From assembly GCA_963663475.2 (NCBI GenBank), contig CAXXJV010000001.1, positions 480,001-544,000 of the forward strand: DNA of 64,000 bases. Reading direction: 5' to 3'. A program made the translations under genes and the position numbers. The DNA is from Candidatus Cloacimonadales bacterium (GTDB taxonomy: Bacteria; Cloacimonadota; Cloacimonadia; Cloacimonadales; JAFGVF01). The notes under the pieces were generated by a model. The model saw nothing but the letters and a program-made list of their open reading frames with translations. It had not been told where the DNA came from and ran no database searches. This document shows positions 48,557 through 59,563 of this stretch, one piece after another (the stretch's first letter is position 1; each line of letters opens with the position of its first letter).

Positions 48557-50275
48557 TTAATCGTTAATAGTAAGTTTAATTACTTCACGAATTGATGTTA
48601 TACCTTTTCTCATCTTTCTTAAAGCAGCATCATGAAGAGTTCTCATACCTTGTTCAAGCGCTGTTTCTTTGATAATATCTTGGTTTTGTTCAGCAAATAT
48701 TTGAGCTCTTACTTCAGGAGTAATAGCCAATAATTCAAAGATACCTTCTCTACCTGCATAACCAGTATTATCACAATGAACACAACCAGCACCAATTTTG
48801 AAATCAATTTCTTTTGCTTCTTCTGGACTAATACCTGCTTGCAGTAGTTCAACATCGGTAGGAGTATAGTCTGTTATACAGTTTGGACAAATTTTTCTGA
48901 CCAATCTTTGTGCCATAACAAGACATAAAGATGAACCAACAAGGTAAGGTTTGATTCCAATATCAATCAGACGAGTGATAGTTGAAGGAGCATCATTAGC
49001 GTGAAGTGTTGAGAAAACTAAGTGACCAGTAAGAGAGAATTTAACCGCGATGTCAGCAGTTTCAAAGTCTCTAATCTCACCAATAAGAACTATATCAGGG
49101 TCTTGACGCAAAACTGAACGAAGAGCTGAAAGGAAAGTAAGTCCAATCTCATCTTTTGTTTCAATTTGAGTAATACCTTGCAGTCTATATTCAACAGGGT
49201 CTTCAACAGTGATAATATTTGTTTCAATGTTTTCAATAGTTTTAATAGCAGCATGTAATGAAGTAGATTTACCAGAACCAGTAGGACCTGACACAATAAT
49301 AATTCCATAAGGTCTTTTGATAACCTTTTGGAAAATTTCTAAATCATCAGCTTCAAAACCAAGAGTAGAAAGTTTGAAACCAAAATCACCTTTATCAAGA
49401 AGACGTAACACAGCTTTTTCACCTAAAACGGTTGGAGCTATAGAAACACGGACATCCACAGATTTCAAACTAGTTTTCAGTCCCATGTGACCATCTTGTG
49501 GTAAACGTCTTTCAGCAATATTAAGCTTAGCCATAACCTTGATAAGAGAAATAAGACCAGCATGCATAGCAATTGGTGGATTCATAACTTCTCTTAAAGC
49601 ACCATCAACACGGAAACGGACTCTAGTACTTTTTACCAAAGGTTCAATATGAATATCTGTAGTTCCAGCTTTAATAGCTTCTGAAATGATAAGATTAATC
49701 ATCTTAACAACAGGAGCATCAGCCTTTGATTCAGAACCACTATCAATGGAAATTTCGTTATCATCACTATCAACAGCTACGAAATCGAAATTACCAACAG
49801 CATCTTCAACTTGTGAAGTAGTTCTAATAGACTTATAATACTTCTCTAAAGCATCAGTAAGTAAAGAATCACCAATAAGCATTGGCTCAACATTCTTATT
49901 TAAGACCTTTTTTAAACTATCTAAGATATTGAGATCATCAGGGTCAGTCATAGCAACGATACAAGTATCATCAACTACTCTGAGACATAAAACCCTATTT
50001 TCATAAGCAAATGGTTCTGAAATTAAGGAAACTGTTTCTACATCAAGTTCCATTAATTCAGAAGAATTCACGATAGGAATGTCTAATTGTAGTGAGAGAC
50101 ATTCTAAGAGTTGTTTCTCTTGAATATATCCCAACTTGATTAAAGTTTCTCCAAGCTTAAGAGCAAAGTTATCTTGCTTAATCAAAGCCTCTTTGATTTG
50201 CTCTTCAGTTGCAAAACCTTTATGAACTAATATTTCACCTATTCTTGCGAATTGAGGATTAAATGACATAATCAA
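48557..50275 (-). CDS. pilB: Type IV pilus assembly ATPase PilB/GspE
   Basis: N-terminal RIGEILV / KLGETLI MshEN-like motif; DIHIEP; GPTGSGKST; TVEDPVE; LRQDPD; GEIRD; CPNC...CVHC. Confidence 0.95.
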   Translation of the reverse strand: MIMSFNPQFARIGEILVHKGFATEEQIKEALIKQDNFALKLGETLIKLGYIQEKQLLECLSLQLDIPIVNSSELMELDVETVSLISEPFAYENRVLCLRVVDDTCIVAMTDPDDLNILDSLKKVLNKNVEPMLIGDSLLTDALEKYYKSIRTTSQVEDAVGNFDFVAVDSDDNEISIDSGSESKADAPVVKMINLIISEAIKAGTTDIHIEPLVKSTRVRFRVDGALREVMNPPIAMHAGLISLIKVMAKLNIAERRLPQDGHMGLKTSLKSVDVRVSIAPTVLGEKAVLRLLDKGDFGFKLSTLGFEADDLEIFQKVIKRPYGIIIVSGPTGSGKSTSLHAAIKTIENIETNIITVEDPVEYRLQGITQIETKDEIGLTFLSALRSVLRQDPDIVLIGEIRDFETADIAVKFSLTGHLVFSTLHANDAPSTITRLIDIGIKPYLVGSSLCLVMAQRLVRKICPNCITDYTPTDVELLQAGISPEEAKEIDFKIGAGCVHCDNTGYAGREGIFELLAITPEVRAQIFAEQNQDIIKETALEQGMRTLHDAALRKMRKGITSIREVIKLTIND

Positions 50276-50310
50276 TCCTTTTATTGTTTATAAAATTTCT
50301 AAGTTTATAG

Positions 50311-50339
50311 ATACCCGATACCCCTAAGATATCGGGTAT
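50311..50339. terminator. Intercistronic hairpin upstream of pilB
   Basis: ATACCCGATA-9 nt-TATCGGGTAT. Confidence 0.5.
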
Positions 50340-50355
50340 AATTAATATATTTTTA

Positions 50356-52626
50356 CTAGTTAGCAGGGTTTGGACCAGGGTATCTTAAGATTAAAGTATT
50401 TCCTCTTTGAGTAATACCAGTACCTAAAACTCTACCTTCAATTTGAATTTGTTGTTGACCAGGTGTTATACCATCAGGTGATGGAAGACCATAGTCTCTG
50501 AAAATTTTAAGTCTGATTCTGGCATAACCGTCAGCAGCAGTAGTTGCTTCATTAGTTTGAGTGAAAGTAACTTGATAATCGTAGAAATATCCTCTATCAG
50601 CGGTGAATGTCCAGAATACACCAGGAGTAGGGAAACCTTGACCATCTCTAGCTCTAACAGTAACGATAGCCCATTGGAAATCACTACCAGAAGCACCTGG
50701 ATCTCCATCCCAGAAATCAATGTTACCAGGAGTAACTTGCATATCTGTATCTGGTGCATTCCAAGGAACTTCTAAAATATAACTTTCATTGATATCTTCA
50801 CCATAACCACCAACACATCTTGCATTTAATTCAAGATCTGAATAAGTTAAGCTACCACTATATGTTAATAATGTATAAGAAGTACCTATTGATGAGGTAG
50901 AGTCAATTTGACTTGCTCCAGCATCATTTGAAGATACTTCAGGACCATTACCAGTATAACCATTAGCTTGGATAGTAGCAGGTAAATTATCTTGGTTAGT
51001 TAATTCATAGAAGACTGAAGTGCCATAAGAAACTGGGTTATTATAGATATCTTTAACTGAAACAGCTAATAATAATTCCCACATACCGCCACCAACATTA
51101 GTACCTTGGTCAAAGGCAACATCACCCCAGCTAATATTAGCAGGAGGACCAGCTTGGATAAGAATGTTAGCTTTTGTAGCAGTAATAGCACCTTCAATTT
51201 GTGTATTAGCTAAAGCTTCTCTTTGATTTGCAACTCGGAGCTGGATAACACCAGAACCTGTACCAGCAACAACTGATACAGCAGCCTGACCACCACTAGA
51301 TGTAGTATAAACTACACCATCTTCATCTTGATTACTCAAGTAAGCAGGTTGTCCATTATTAGAACCAGGAATATTAGAGTTGATAATCTTGAAATAGATA
51401 TCAGTTGCATTATCAATTAAGTTTCCGTTGATATCAAAAAGATTAACGTATAAAATCTTTGAATCAACTCCACCAGTATTAGCAACATTTAGTGTTATTT
51501 GATCTGTATTATTAAATCTGATTGAGTATAATTCATCTGATTTGATAGTGAAAAGAGCTTCTGTAGATAAAGTATCATTATTAGCAAAAGCCTTAATAGT
51601 AGCAGGACCTGCAGATAAGCCAGGAGTAAATACAACTTTAGCAATACCATCAGCATCTGTATTCTGGGTATATGATTCAGAAGTATTATAGAAGCTACCT
51701 AAGTCAGTTTCAAATCTGATAACTTTATTAGGACTTGCATTATTATAAGCATCTTTAAGGTTAGCTTGGATAACAATATTATATTCATTATCTAAGGTTG
51801 TTTCTGATGTTTCTTCAATAATTTCAAGATCATCATCACCTAAATAAGTAAGTAAATCTAAGTTAAATGGATTTCCTGGTTTAACATTGAAGTTTCTAGA
51901 AGCAGATAATGTATCAATACGTACACTAACTGATCCCATACCAGCTTGTTGACCAACGTTAAGGTTTAATGGAGCCATTCCGTTTTGAGTAGGAATAATT
52001 GCAATAGAACCCATGTTAGTTTCACCATCATCAGCTACAAAGAAACCTCTATCTGTTTCGAATCTAATCATAGTTGAATCTGCTACAGGATTAGTTAAAG
52101 CATCAAAAACTCTAGCTCTAACAAGAACAGATTGGTTAACGATAAATTCATTAGAAGAAATTTCAATTGTTAAATCACCAACTGGTGGTTTTTCAGCAAT
52201 AGTAACCTTGATAGATTTAGCATCTTCACCAGTGATTTCAGTAGCATCATATTGTGAATAAGTAAATACTGTAGCAGTGATAGTTGCTTCACCTACTTCA
52301 CCTGCATCATAGAAAGGAACCTTAGCAATTCCTGATTGATTTGTGTTTTCAGCTGTAACAATACTTCCGCGATCAGTTTGGAATCTAACTGGAATTTCAG
52401 CAGCACCAAAATTATTGTTATCTTTTACATAAGCACTGATATAAGCAAAAGTAACATTATTATCAGCATATATTAAATCAACAGTTGATTCGAGTCTAAC
52501 AATCTTATACTCAGCATCAGTAGATGTTGGAAGATCTCTGTCATCACAACCACTCACTAATAACATAGCAAATGATAAAAGAATCAACAATATTGTAAAA
52601 TTTTTAATTTTCATAATTACTCCCAA
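50356..52626 (-). CDS. Lipoprotein with tandem invasin-like bacterial Ig (Big_1) domains
   Basis: Lipobox LVSGC; repeated V-x-D-x2-N-x-V...F-x-TDRG...T-x3-G-x-A units. Confidence 0.72.
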   Translation of the reverse strand: MGVIMKIKNFTILLILLSFAMLLVSGCDDRDLPTSTDAEYKIVRLESTVDLIYADNNVTFAYISAYVKDNNNFGAAEIPVRFQTDRGSIVTAENTNQSGIAKVPFYDAGEVGEATITATVFTYSQYDATEITGEDAKSIKVTIAEKPPVGDLTIEISSNEFIVNQSVLVRARVFDALTNPVADSTMIRFETDRGFFVADDGETNMGSIAIIPTQNGMAPLNLNVGQQAGMGSVSVRIDTLSASRNFNVKPGNPFNLDLLTYLGDDDLEIIEETSETTLDNEYNIVIQANLKDAYNNASPNKVIRFETDLGSFYNTSESYTQNTDADGIAKVVFTPGLSAGPATIKAFANNDTLSTEALFTIKSDELYSIRFNNTDQITLNVANTGGVDSKILYVNLFDINGNLIDNATDIYFKIINSNIPGSNNGQPAYLSNQDEDGVVYTTSSGGQAAVSVVAGTGSGVIQLRVANQREALANTQIEGAITATKANILIQAGPPANISWGDVAFDQGTNVGGGMWELLLAVSVKDIYNNPVSYGTSVFYELTNQDNLPATIQANGYTGNGPEVSSNDAGASQIDSTSSIGTSYTLLTYSGSLTYSDLELNARCVGGYGEDINESYILEVPWNAPDTDMQVTPGNIDFWDGDPGASGSDFQWAIVTVRARDGQGFPTPGVFWTFTADRGYFYDYQVTFTQTNEATTAADGYARIRLKIFRDYGLPSPDGITPGQQQIQIEGRVLGTGITQRGNTLILRYPGPNPAN

Positions 52627-52632
52627 AGTTTG

Positions 52633-54027
52633 TTACTCTTGTTCTTCAAATTTGATTAAAGTTTCAGACATTACATCATCAACTTGGGCATGTTTATTAT
52701 AGTCACCTGCATTAACAACAGTTGGTGTCATCTCGATGATAAGATCTGTTTTTTCTAACATTTCTGTTTGATGTCTAAAGAATCTACCTACAAATGGGAT
52801 ATCACCTAAGAAAGGAACTTTATTTTCACGTTTTGTTAATTGTGAAGAAAGAAGACCACTAACTATAAAGGTATCTCCACTTGGAACTGTAATAGTTGAG
52901 TTTACAGTTCTAATTTTTGTTCTTGGTACATAACCATTAACAAGTTCAATAACTGAAGAAATTTCAGGTTGAATTTGAGTTGTAATTTCATTTTCTGAAT
53001 TTACTTTAGGTGTGATATTAAGTTTAATACCAGTATCTTCTCTTTCAACTTGAATTTCTTTATCATTATCTGTAACAACATATGGTAATGATTCACCAAT
53101 ATGAACATATGCAGATTCACCATTTTGTGATGTTAATCTTGTGTCAGTAAGAATCTTAGCTGAGTTGTTTTCTAATAACCAGTCAATTGTTATATCGAAA
53201 GCATAAAGCTGTCTTGAAAACTTACCGAAATCATCCCAATCACTCATTTTTTGGAAGTATTGATTACTAGGTTTTACACCTAATTCAGTAGCATCACCAA
53301 AAGGAAGTGCACCAGTTTCATCAGTAAAGTTGTAAGGAAGACCAACACCTGCATAATTAACAGGATCTTCAGCTATAATAGTTGTAAGTTGGTTTAATTG
53401 TGACCAATCGATACCCATTTTCTTTGAATCTGAAAGGTTAACTTCAATAACTCTAACTCTGATTTGAACTTGTTTTTGTGGCATATCTAACTTTTTAATT
53501 TGGTTTTCAATGTCAGCATATGTTTCTGGATTAGCACGGATTAAAAGTGCATTTTGACCTGAAACTTCAACAACTTCACCAGGAACATCACTAAAAGCTT
53601 TAACTATTTTTTCAGAATCTATATATTTTAATTGGTAAATATAGTTTCTGGTACCTGATTCTTGTTCAACAATACTTGTTGGTCCAATTAAGAAAGTGTT
53701 TGTACCGATTACTTTATAAGCAAATCCATAAGATTTAGCTACTAAAGAAACAGCATTTTCAACTGAAATATCATTTAATCTGACAGTGACTCTTTTCTCA
53801 CCTTCGTCAGCTTTTTTAGTACCTTCTGTAGCAACAACAATATTGATGCCAGTAAGCTTAGAAATTGATTCAATTACAGTTGTAATTGTAGCATCTTTAA
53901 AATTAAGATTATCTATCTTTTTTACTAATAAATCTTCATTACTTTGAGCGAACAAGAAAGAAACACCCATAAGTAATGTTAACATAATTAGAGTAAATTT
54001 TCTTATTCTAACATTGTATATTTTCAT
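52633..54027 (-). CDS. pilQ: Secretin, PilQ/GspD family
   Basis: NLNFKDA; LDMPQKQVQIRVRVIEV; TGIKLNITPKVN; KVPFLGDIPFVGRFF. Confidence 0.85.
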   Translation of the reverse strand: MKIYNVRIRKFTLIMLTLLMGVSFLFAQSNEDLLVKKIDNLNFKDATITTVIESISKLTGINIVVATEGTKKADEGEKRVTVRLNDISVENAVSLVAKSYGFAYKVIGTNTFLIGPTSIVEQESGTRNYIYQLKYIDSEKIVKAFSDVPGEVVEVSGQNALLIRANPETYADIENQIKKLDMPQKQVQIRVRVIEVNLSDSKKMGIDWSQLNQLTTIIAEDPVNYAGVGLPYNFTDETGALPFGDATELGVKPSNQYFQKMSDWDDFGKFSRQLYAFDITIDWLLENNSAKILTDTRLTSQNGESAYVHIGESLPYVVTDNDKEIQVEREDTGIKLNITPKVNSENEITTQIQPEISSVIELVNGYVPRTKIRTVNSTITVPSGDTFIVSGLLSSQLTKRENKVPFLGDIPFVGRFFRHQTEMLEKTDLIIEMTPTVVNAGDYNKHAQVDDVMSETLIKFEEQE

Positions 54028-54044
54028 AGTTTCTCCTACCTATT

Positions 54045-54599
54045 TTAATAATTTTGATTAGAAATGTCGTCAGTTTGTTGGGGGGTCTTTTCTGAAGGGA
54101 TATCATAAACATCCATTCTTTCTTCTACTTCTAGCTTAGTTCCATCACTCAAAACTACTGTTTGAGTCACAGGGTCTGCAGATCTAACACTTAGTCTTGA
54201 ACCTTGTATTTTCTCTCCAATCTTATATTGAGCTTCGATATCTTTGTGATCAATACCTACTAAGATTTCGTCATCAAACTTTAATACACCATATAATCTG
54301 ATTTGATTATATCTTTTTTGTAATCTAAGTTTGATTTCATCAACCTTTTGTGGAAGAATGATATCTTGTTTTAAAGGATCTTTACTAATAGAAAAAACGA
54401 ACTCTTTTCTTTGTTTGATACCTTGTTCAATCTCAATAGCTTTACGAAGCAAGTTAGAATCAACTTCTTGCTCAGCATAAGCAGATTTTGGATCTACACC
54501 TTGCTCAGTATTATAGTGCTTAACTGCAAATACAGCAAGGAAAATAACTGATGCAACTAACAGAATATAAGCTAAGTCTTTTACATATCTATATTCCAT
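54045..54599 (-). CDS. PilP/GspC-like membrane-anchored protein
   Basis: N-terminal TM; KDPL; IRLYGVL; YKIGEKI; lies between pilO and pilQ. Confidence 0.55.
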   Translation of the reverse strand: MEYRYVKDLAYILLVASVIFLAVFAVKHYNTEQGVDPKSAYAEQEVDSNLLRKAIEIEQGIKQRKEFVFSISKDPLKQDIILPQKVDEIKLRLQKRYNQIRLYGVLKFDDEILVGIDHKDIEAQYKIGEKIQGSRLSVRSADPVTQTVVLSDGTKLEVEERMDVYDIPSEKTPQQTDDISNQNY

Positions 54600-54601
54600 A
54601 A

Positions 54602-55159
54602 TTACCTCATCTTATGTTTAATAAATGAAATGCTTAAATTGACAATGTAGTTCTTATCTAAATTTTGAACATTTTCAATGTCTTGTTTCTTCTCTACTAT
54701 CTTCACAGGGTCGATTGTAAAATCATTGATAACAGTTAAATAATCCATCTTTTCAATGTCATTAAGGAATCTTCCTAATTTAACATAAGTAGATGTGAAC
54801 TCAAAAGAGAATTCATGTTCTAACTGTTCAGCTGATGTGAAGAGACTTTTATGGTTAATACCAGAGATATTAATACCATATTTTTGAGCAATTTCATCCA
54901 TTGTAAAAATAATGTCATGTATCTCATCTGATGAGAATTCATTATCTTTGGTTAAAGTATGAGATAAGATAGAAGTAAACTCCCCTAGTTTCTCATTTTG
55001 TACAATAAGACTATTCAAATCTTGACGAGCTGCTTTGATTTTATTATCTAGTTTGGTGATTTCATCCACCCTACCAGATATTATTTGATCAGCAAAATAG
55101 TAATATGCAGCGGAGAAAAGAACTATTAATACAACTAAGATTATGTAGTTACGCTTCAT
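54602..55159 (-). CDS. pilO: Type IV pilus protein PilO
   Basis: TM plus coiled coil; STYVKLGRFLNDIEKMDYL; gene order. Confidence 0.75.
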   Translation of the reverse strand: MKRNYIILVVLIVLFSAAYYYFADQIISGRVDEITKLDNKIKAARQDLNSLIVQNEKLGEFTSILSHTLTKDNEFSSDEIHDIIFTMDEIAQKYGINISGINHKSLFTSAEQLEHEFSFEFTSTYVKLGRFLNDIEKMDYLTVINDFTIDPVKIVEKKQDIENVQNLDKNYIVNLSISFIKHKMR

Positions 55160-55779
55160 TTTCTTCTCCTTCTTTCATAATATTTACTAGTACACTGAAT
55201 CTTAAAATCATAAACAACATCCATTTCATTATCAGTTTCGATATTGAGCATCTTTTTCACCAAGTCTCTGTTAACAAACTCAACAGAACGGAAATCATTA
55301 AATTCTTCTCTTTCTATCAAAGAAGTTCTATACTTATTGATAATGTCTTGAGGAACTTCATGATTCTTGGCTTTGATAAGACCAATAAGGTCCCAGTTAC
55401 CATTCTTATACTCAAATTTAGAAATTGCTAAAGAATCTGAAGTAATTTCTGCTAAAGCTTGAAGCTTCTTAGTCCAGAATATTCTTCTATTATAAGCTTG
55501 AGCAAATCTTTCCATATCTTTTTCAAGATTCTTGGAACTTGTTGAGCTAACAATGTTGTCATAAGAACTTATCTGCTTATTAATCTCAGCTAACTGATTT
55601 TTACGAGTTTGAATCTTCTTTTCTAAATTTAGATTATTATAATAGGTAAAACCTACAACCGCTACGATAATTATAAAAAATGCAATTAAAGTGTTGACAT
55701 AGGTTCTCTTCTCTTTGAGAGCTTTTAATCGCTCTTCACCAAATTTATTTAAGTTAATTCCAAAATAGAATTGTTCCAT
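55156..55779 (-). CDS. pilN: Type IV pilus protein PilN
   Basis: N-terminal INL motif, TM, coiled coil; follows pilM. Confidence 0.7.
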   Translation of the reverse strand: MEQFYFGINLNKFGEERLKALKEKRTYVNTLIAFFIIIVAVVGFTYYNNLNLEKKIQTRKNQLAEINKQISSYDNIVSSTSSKNLEKDMERFAQAYNRRIFWTKKLQALAEITSDSLAISKFEYKNGNWDLIGLIKAKNHEVPQDIINKYRTSLIEREEFNDFRSVEFVNRDLVKKMLNIETDNEMDVVYDFKIQCTSKYYERRRRK

Positions 55780-55787
55780 TCATCCCC

Positions 55788-56855
55788 CTATTCTGGTCTC
55801 ATAGCAAGACCTAATGCAAGGCAAAGCTGTGGATCTTGACTATTTTTGAATTTCTCAGGCATTTCGATTGAACCAAATGGATTATAGACTTCTGTTGGAA
55901 CACTTATCTTAGATTCGATATATTCCGCAAGTCCTTTAACCTTGGCTGAACCACCCATCAAATATACTTTTCTGAAATCACTATTTCCTGCTTCTTTCAC
56001 ATAGAATCTAATTGATCTTCTGATTTCATCAGTAATTAAATCCTCTGTATTCTTTTCAGAAATATCTAACATTGAAAGTGTAGTTTCTCCAGATGGGCTT
56101 GCATCTGTAATACCATGTTCAACTTTAAATGTCTCTGCTTCAGGAAATTCTAGATTATGTTTTCTCATAATATCTTGAGTAATATTGTAGCCACCATATG
56201 CAATATCTCTTGTGAAGAATTTTGCTTTAGGACCATAAATTACAATATTAGTTCTATGAGCTCCTACATTAACTAGAACATATACGCCTTCTTCAATAAA
56301 TGAACTTAAAAGAAATGCGTTAGTTATAGCAAATGCATCTATATCTATAACACCAGGTGTTAAACCAACTGAACTTAATATCTCTGCATGAGAATTAATT
56401 ACATTTTTAGTAGAAGCTGCCAATATGATATTCATATTGTTTGTTTTCTCTTCAATATTTAAAACTTGGTAATCTAATACCATCTCATTCCCACTAATAG
56501 GAATATGTTTTTTTGCTTCAAATGAAAGTGCTGAGTCAAGCTCTTCATCAGGTAAATAGATAGTTTTTACCTGTTTGATACTTGTATCATCACCACCAAT
56601 TGAACTTACGACATGTTTGATCTTCTTCGGATTGATTTTCATACCTTTTAGTATAGAACCAAGTACCGGAGTAAATCGATCATTTCGTAAATCATTTGGT
56701 AAGTATTCGATCCCTTCAGGTACAGTTGAACGAACATCATAATTCAATAACTTGTACCCATGGCTAAGTCTTTTTAAGTGGACGACTTTAACACTGTGGG
56801 ATCCAATGTCTATACCAAGTGATTCTTTAAATCTTACCTTAGTTTTTTTACTCAT
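55788..56855 (-). CDS. pilM: Type IV pilus protein PilM
   Basis: GIDIGSHSVK; EAKKHIP; LMGGSA; NPF; ALGLAMR. Confidence 0.92.
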   Translation of the reverse strand: MSKKTKVRFKESLGIDIGSHSVKVVHLKRLSHGYKLLNYDVRSTVPEGIEYLPNDLRNDRFTPVLGSILKGMKINPKKIKHVVSSIGGDDTSIKQVKTIYLPDEELDSALSFEAKKHIPISGNEMVLDYQVLNIEEKTNNMNIILAASTKNVINSHAEILSSVGLTPGVIDIDAFAITNAFLLSSFIEEGVYVLVNVGAHRTNIVIYGPKAKFFTRDIAYGGYNITQDIMRKHNLEFPEAETFKVEHGITDASPSGETTLSMLDISEKNTEDLITDEIRRSIRFYVKEAGNSDFRKVYLMGGSAKVKGLAEYIESKISVPTEVYNPFGSIEMPEKFKNSQDPQLCLALGLAMRPE

Positions 56856-56879
56856 ATCGCCTCTTTATTTTTGTTATTA

Positions 56880-58865
56880 TTAAAATATTAAATCTACAGG
56901 AGCATCATCAGCTCTATACAGATACCAACTAGCAGCATCAAACTCTGTCTTTCCACCTTCTAAATGTACAGGTACAAATTTTGGAGGTGGATGATTCATA
57001 AATCTGTGGTCATAATTATAATTCTTCTTGTAACCAACTCCAGAACCTGAAGCACCAGGAGCATTAGGAAGACCTAGGAGTCTTGGATGGGCTCCGTAAC
57101 GATAGTTTTCGATATCCCATTCATTATCTCCACCAGTATTTAATGCATCAGCACCTGATCTATGAACAAATCCTCTACGTCTCTGAGCAACTGACCCATA
57201 TAGGTTAATAGTTCCTCTTTCCATATAAGATTGATTGGCTGGTTCTGGCCATAATGGTCCATAGTATGGGTAAGCAACAGCACCATTCCACGGCATGTCT
57301 CTTTCATCCCAGAAGAAGAAATGTAAAGGGCCCCAGCCGTTATCATAAGGTGCGTAAGCATATACATTATTATAAGGTGCTGGCAAAGTTTCTTTCAATA
57401 CCCATTCATCTTCTACCCGAACAGCAGTTCCTGGATGTGGATGATGATATTGGAAAGTGAAGACACCGTCTTCCATAGAGGTTTCACCTTGTCCTAAGGC
57501 TGCCATAGCAGCATAGATATAGATACCACCTTCTCCTTCATCACCAGGAAGGTCTTCAGCTCTACCGCAATTGTTCTTAACAATTACAGAATCTTCGAAA
57601 TTCCTGTAGCCGTATTGGATAAGAATGCTTCTTTCAGCAATTAAGCCAACATAATCATTATGATTCACAGGACCAGTATGCAAACCTGTAGTTGTATTAT
57701 AACCATCAGGAGGTGAACCTTTTTCAGTTCCTGCAAGCAAGATATCACCTGTAAGATACATTGTATCTTGACAAGCCCATGTTTGCTTACCTGCAAAAGT
57801 ACCTTCAAGCCATAGTTTACCTGTTATATAAATTGAATTATTACTAACTCTACCATTTCCCATTTGTGTCCATACAGTATCAATATTAGTTAAGTATTGA
57901 ACACCAAGTGAGTCTTCTCTTTCAGGGGTATCAGGATCATCTTCGATTCCTAAATCATAGACAACAACACTATCTACACCTGCGACAAAAACATCACCAT
58001 AAAAGCGTTCATGGTTAGCACCATTAACTACTGCTCTAATTATGTCACCTGGATCAACTTCTACAATTTCACCAGTATGGGCATCATTTGCTTCTTCGGG
58101 GAATTCAACCTTAGGTACATGTTCTTCATATCCTTCATTGAAGACATCTTCTTCAGGAATAGAACCACCACCAAATGGTTTAATTTCACCAGCAGTATAT
58201 ACTTTATTGTGGAAATATGGCCAACCGTTATTGTTACCACCGCCACCATTCTGGATATAGATATCAGTATTAGATCTAACAATACCATATATTTCATCTG
58301 GTCCCCAGAATTTAACTTCATCAAAACCACCAGTTAAATCTGAGTTGATTGATGATTCGTTATCGGTAAAATAATGGAAACCTGCAAATGATTGGCTTTT
58401 AATTATTTTTTTACTATACATAGATACAGGTGAATCTTTTTCTCTACCGAATCCTGTATAAGCTTTACCAAAGGAATTAACACTTAAAGAGGTACTACTT
58501 ATAAAAGGACTACTTTCAGAAGCGGATTCATCGTATACTTTAGATCTCATTTCGAATGTAAATTTGCCAATACCGGCATCAATTTCGTTTACTTCTTTTG
58601 ATAGGTCAATATTGGAAAAACCTTGACCTTCACCAACCGGAGTAGAACTATTATTATATTGATCTTTAGCAACAATGACTCCTCTCATAGCTTCACTACG
58701 CATTAAGTGAAGATATTGGGCAACTTTGTAGCCTTCAGCTAAATCCTTAGTATCGGTAACACCTATATGTGATATAGCTATCACGGAAAAAAGCACAACT
58801 ACAACTACCGCAAATGCTATTGAGAAGAAGCCGTTTTCAGAAATAACTTGTTTTAAGTTCTTCAT
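56880..58865 (-). CDS. Large PilX-like minor pilin with extended C-terminal domain
   Basis: ENG|FFSIAFAVVVVVLF class III signal lacking Glu5; C-terminal INLYGSVAQRRRG...GYKKNYNYD...PPP. Confidence 0.6.
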   Translation of the reverse strand: MKNLKQVISENGFFSIAFAVVVVVLFSVIAISHIGVTDTKDLAEGYKVAQYLHLMRSEAMRGVIVAKDQYNNSSTPVGEGQGFSNIDLSKEVNEIDAGIGKFTFEMRSKVYDESASESSPFISSTSLSVNSFGKAYTGFGREKDSPVSMYSKKIIKSQSFAGFHYFTDNESSINSDLTGGFDEVKFWGPDEIYGIVRSNTDIYIQNGGGGNNNGWPYFHNKVYTAGEIKPFGGGSIPEEDVFNEGYEEHVPKVEFPEEANDAHTGEIVEVDPGDIIRAVVNGANHERFYGDVFVAGVDSVVVYDLGIEDDPDTPEREDSLGVQYLTNIDTVWTQMGNGRVSNNSIYITGKLWLEGTFAGKQTWACQDTMYLTGDILLAGTEKGSPPDGYNTTTGLHTGPVNHNDYVGLIAERSILIQYGYRNFEDSVIVKNNCGRAEDLPGDEGEGGIYIYAAMAALGQGETSMEDGVFTFQYHHPHPGTAVRVEDEWVLKETLPAPYNNVYAYAPYDNGWGPLHFFFWDERDMPWNGAVAYPYYGPLWPEPANQSYMERGTINLYGSVAQRRRGFVHRSGADALNTGGDNEWDIENYRYGAHPRLLGLPNAPGASGSGVGYKKNYNYDHRFMNHPPPKFVPVHLEGGKTEFDAASWYLYRADDAPVDLIF

Positions 58866-59563
58866 TGTGCCCCCTGTTCAATTGCAATTATAGTTTCATA
58901 TTCAACAAAATATGGGTCTGGATATGGTTGAAACATATCTGGATGTCCTTCCGATAGGTTAATGCCTGCTTTTAGAATAACTCTTACAACTTTGAGGTCA
59001 TCTTCATTGGTGTTGAGTTCCCCAACTGTTGTAAAAATCAAGCCTTCCACAAACATATCATCATCATTGCCACTAATTTCGCTTGGAAACAATGGTAGGT
59101 TGTTTGATTCATTAGCATCAATTCCATAGATTGTACCATCATACATAACTTTGTCACCATCTCTAGCGATGATTACTTCGTCCCAGGCAGACCTAGTAGT
59201 ATGATTCATAGGTGGTTTAAATTTAATTCCGGTATATCCGCTAACGTATCCACCAGTGATAGTTTGATAAGTCGCACTATTACCATACATTGACATTGTA
59301 CTAGCATTGAACAAGCCAATGAATTGTCTTTGTTGATTATTATCTTGCTTAATCACAGCACCATGCTTAATCTGCATAATACAGTCATAGGCTTGGTCAT
59401 GTAGTCTCGCAATTTTTGATAGTTGCTGAAATCTTAAGCTCCACATTGATAAGACAATGTACATAGCTAAGAAGATAATCATGCTAATAGTAAGCACAGC
59501 TACTAATTCAACAATAGTGAATCCACTATCCAGTTTTCTTTTTGGTTTAATCATATGGATCAT
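58862..59563 (-). CDS. Minor pilin, PilW-like
   Basis: DSG|FTIVELV prepilin motif. Confidence 0.75.
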   Translation of the reverse strand: MIHMIKPKRKLDSGFTIVELVAVLTISMIIFLAMYIVLSMWSLRFQQLSKIARLHDQAYDCIMQIKHGAVIKQDNNQQRQFIGLFNASTMSMYGNSATYQTITGGYVSGYTGIKFKPPMNHTTRSAWDEVIIARDGDKVMYDGTIYGIDANESNNLPLFPSEISGNDDDMFVEGLIFTTVGELNTNEDDLKVVRVILKAGINLSEGHPDMFQPYPDPYFVEYETIIAIEQGAQ

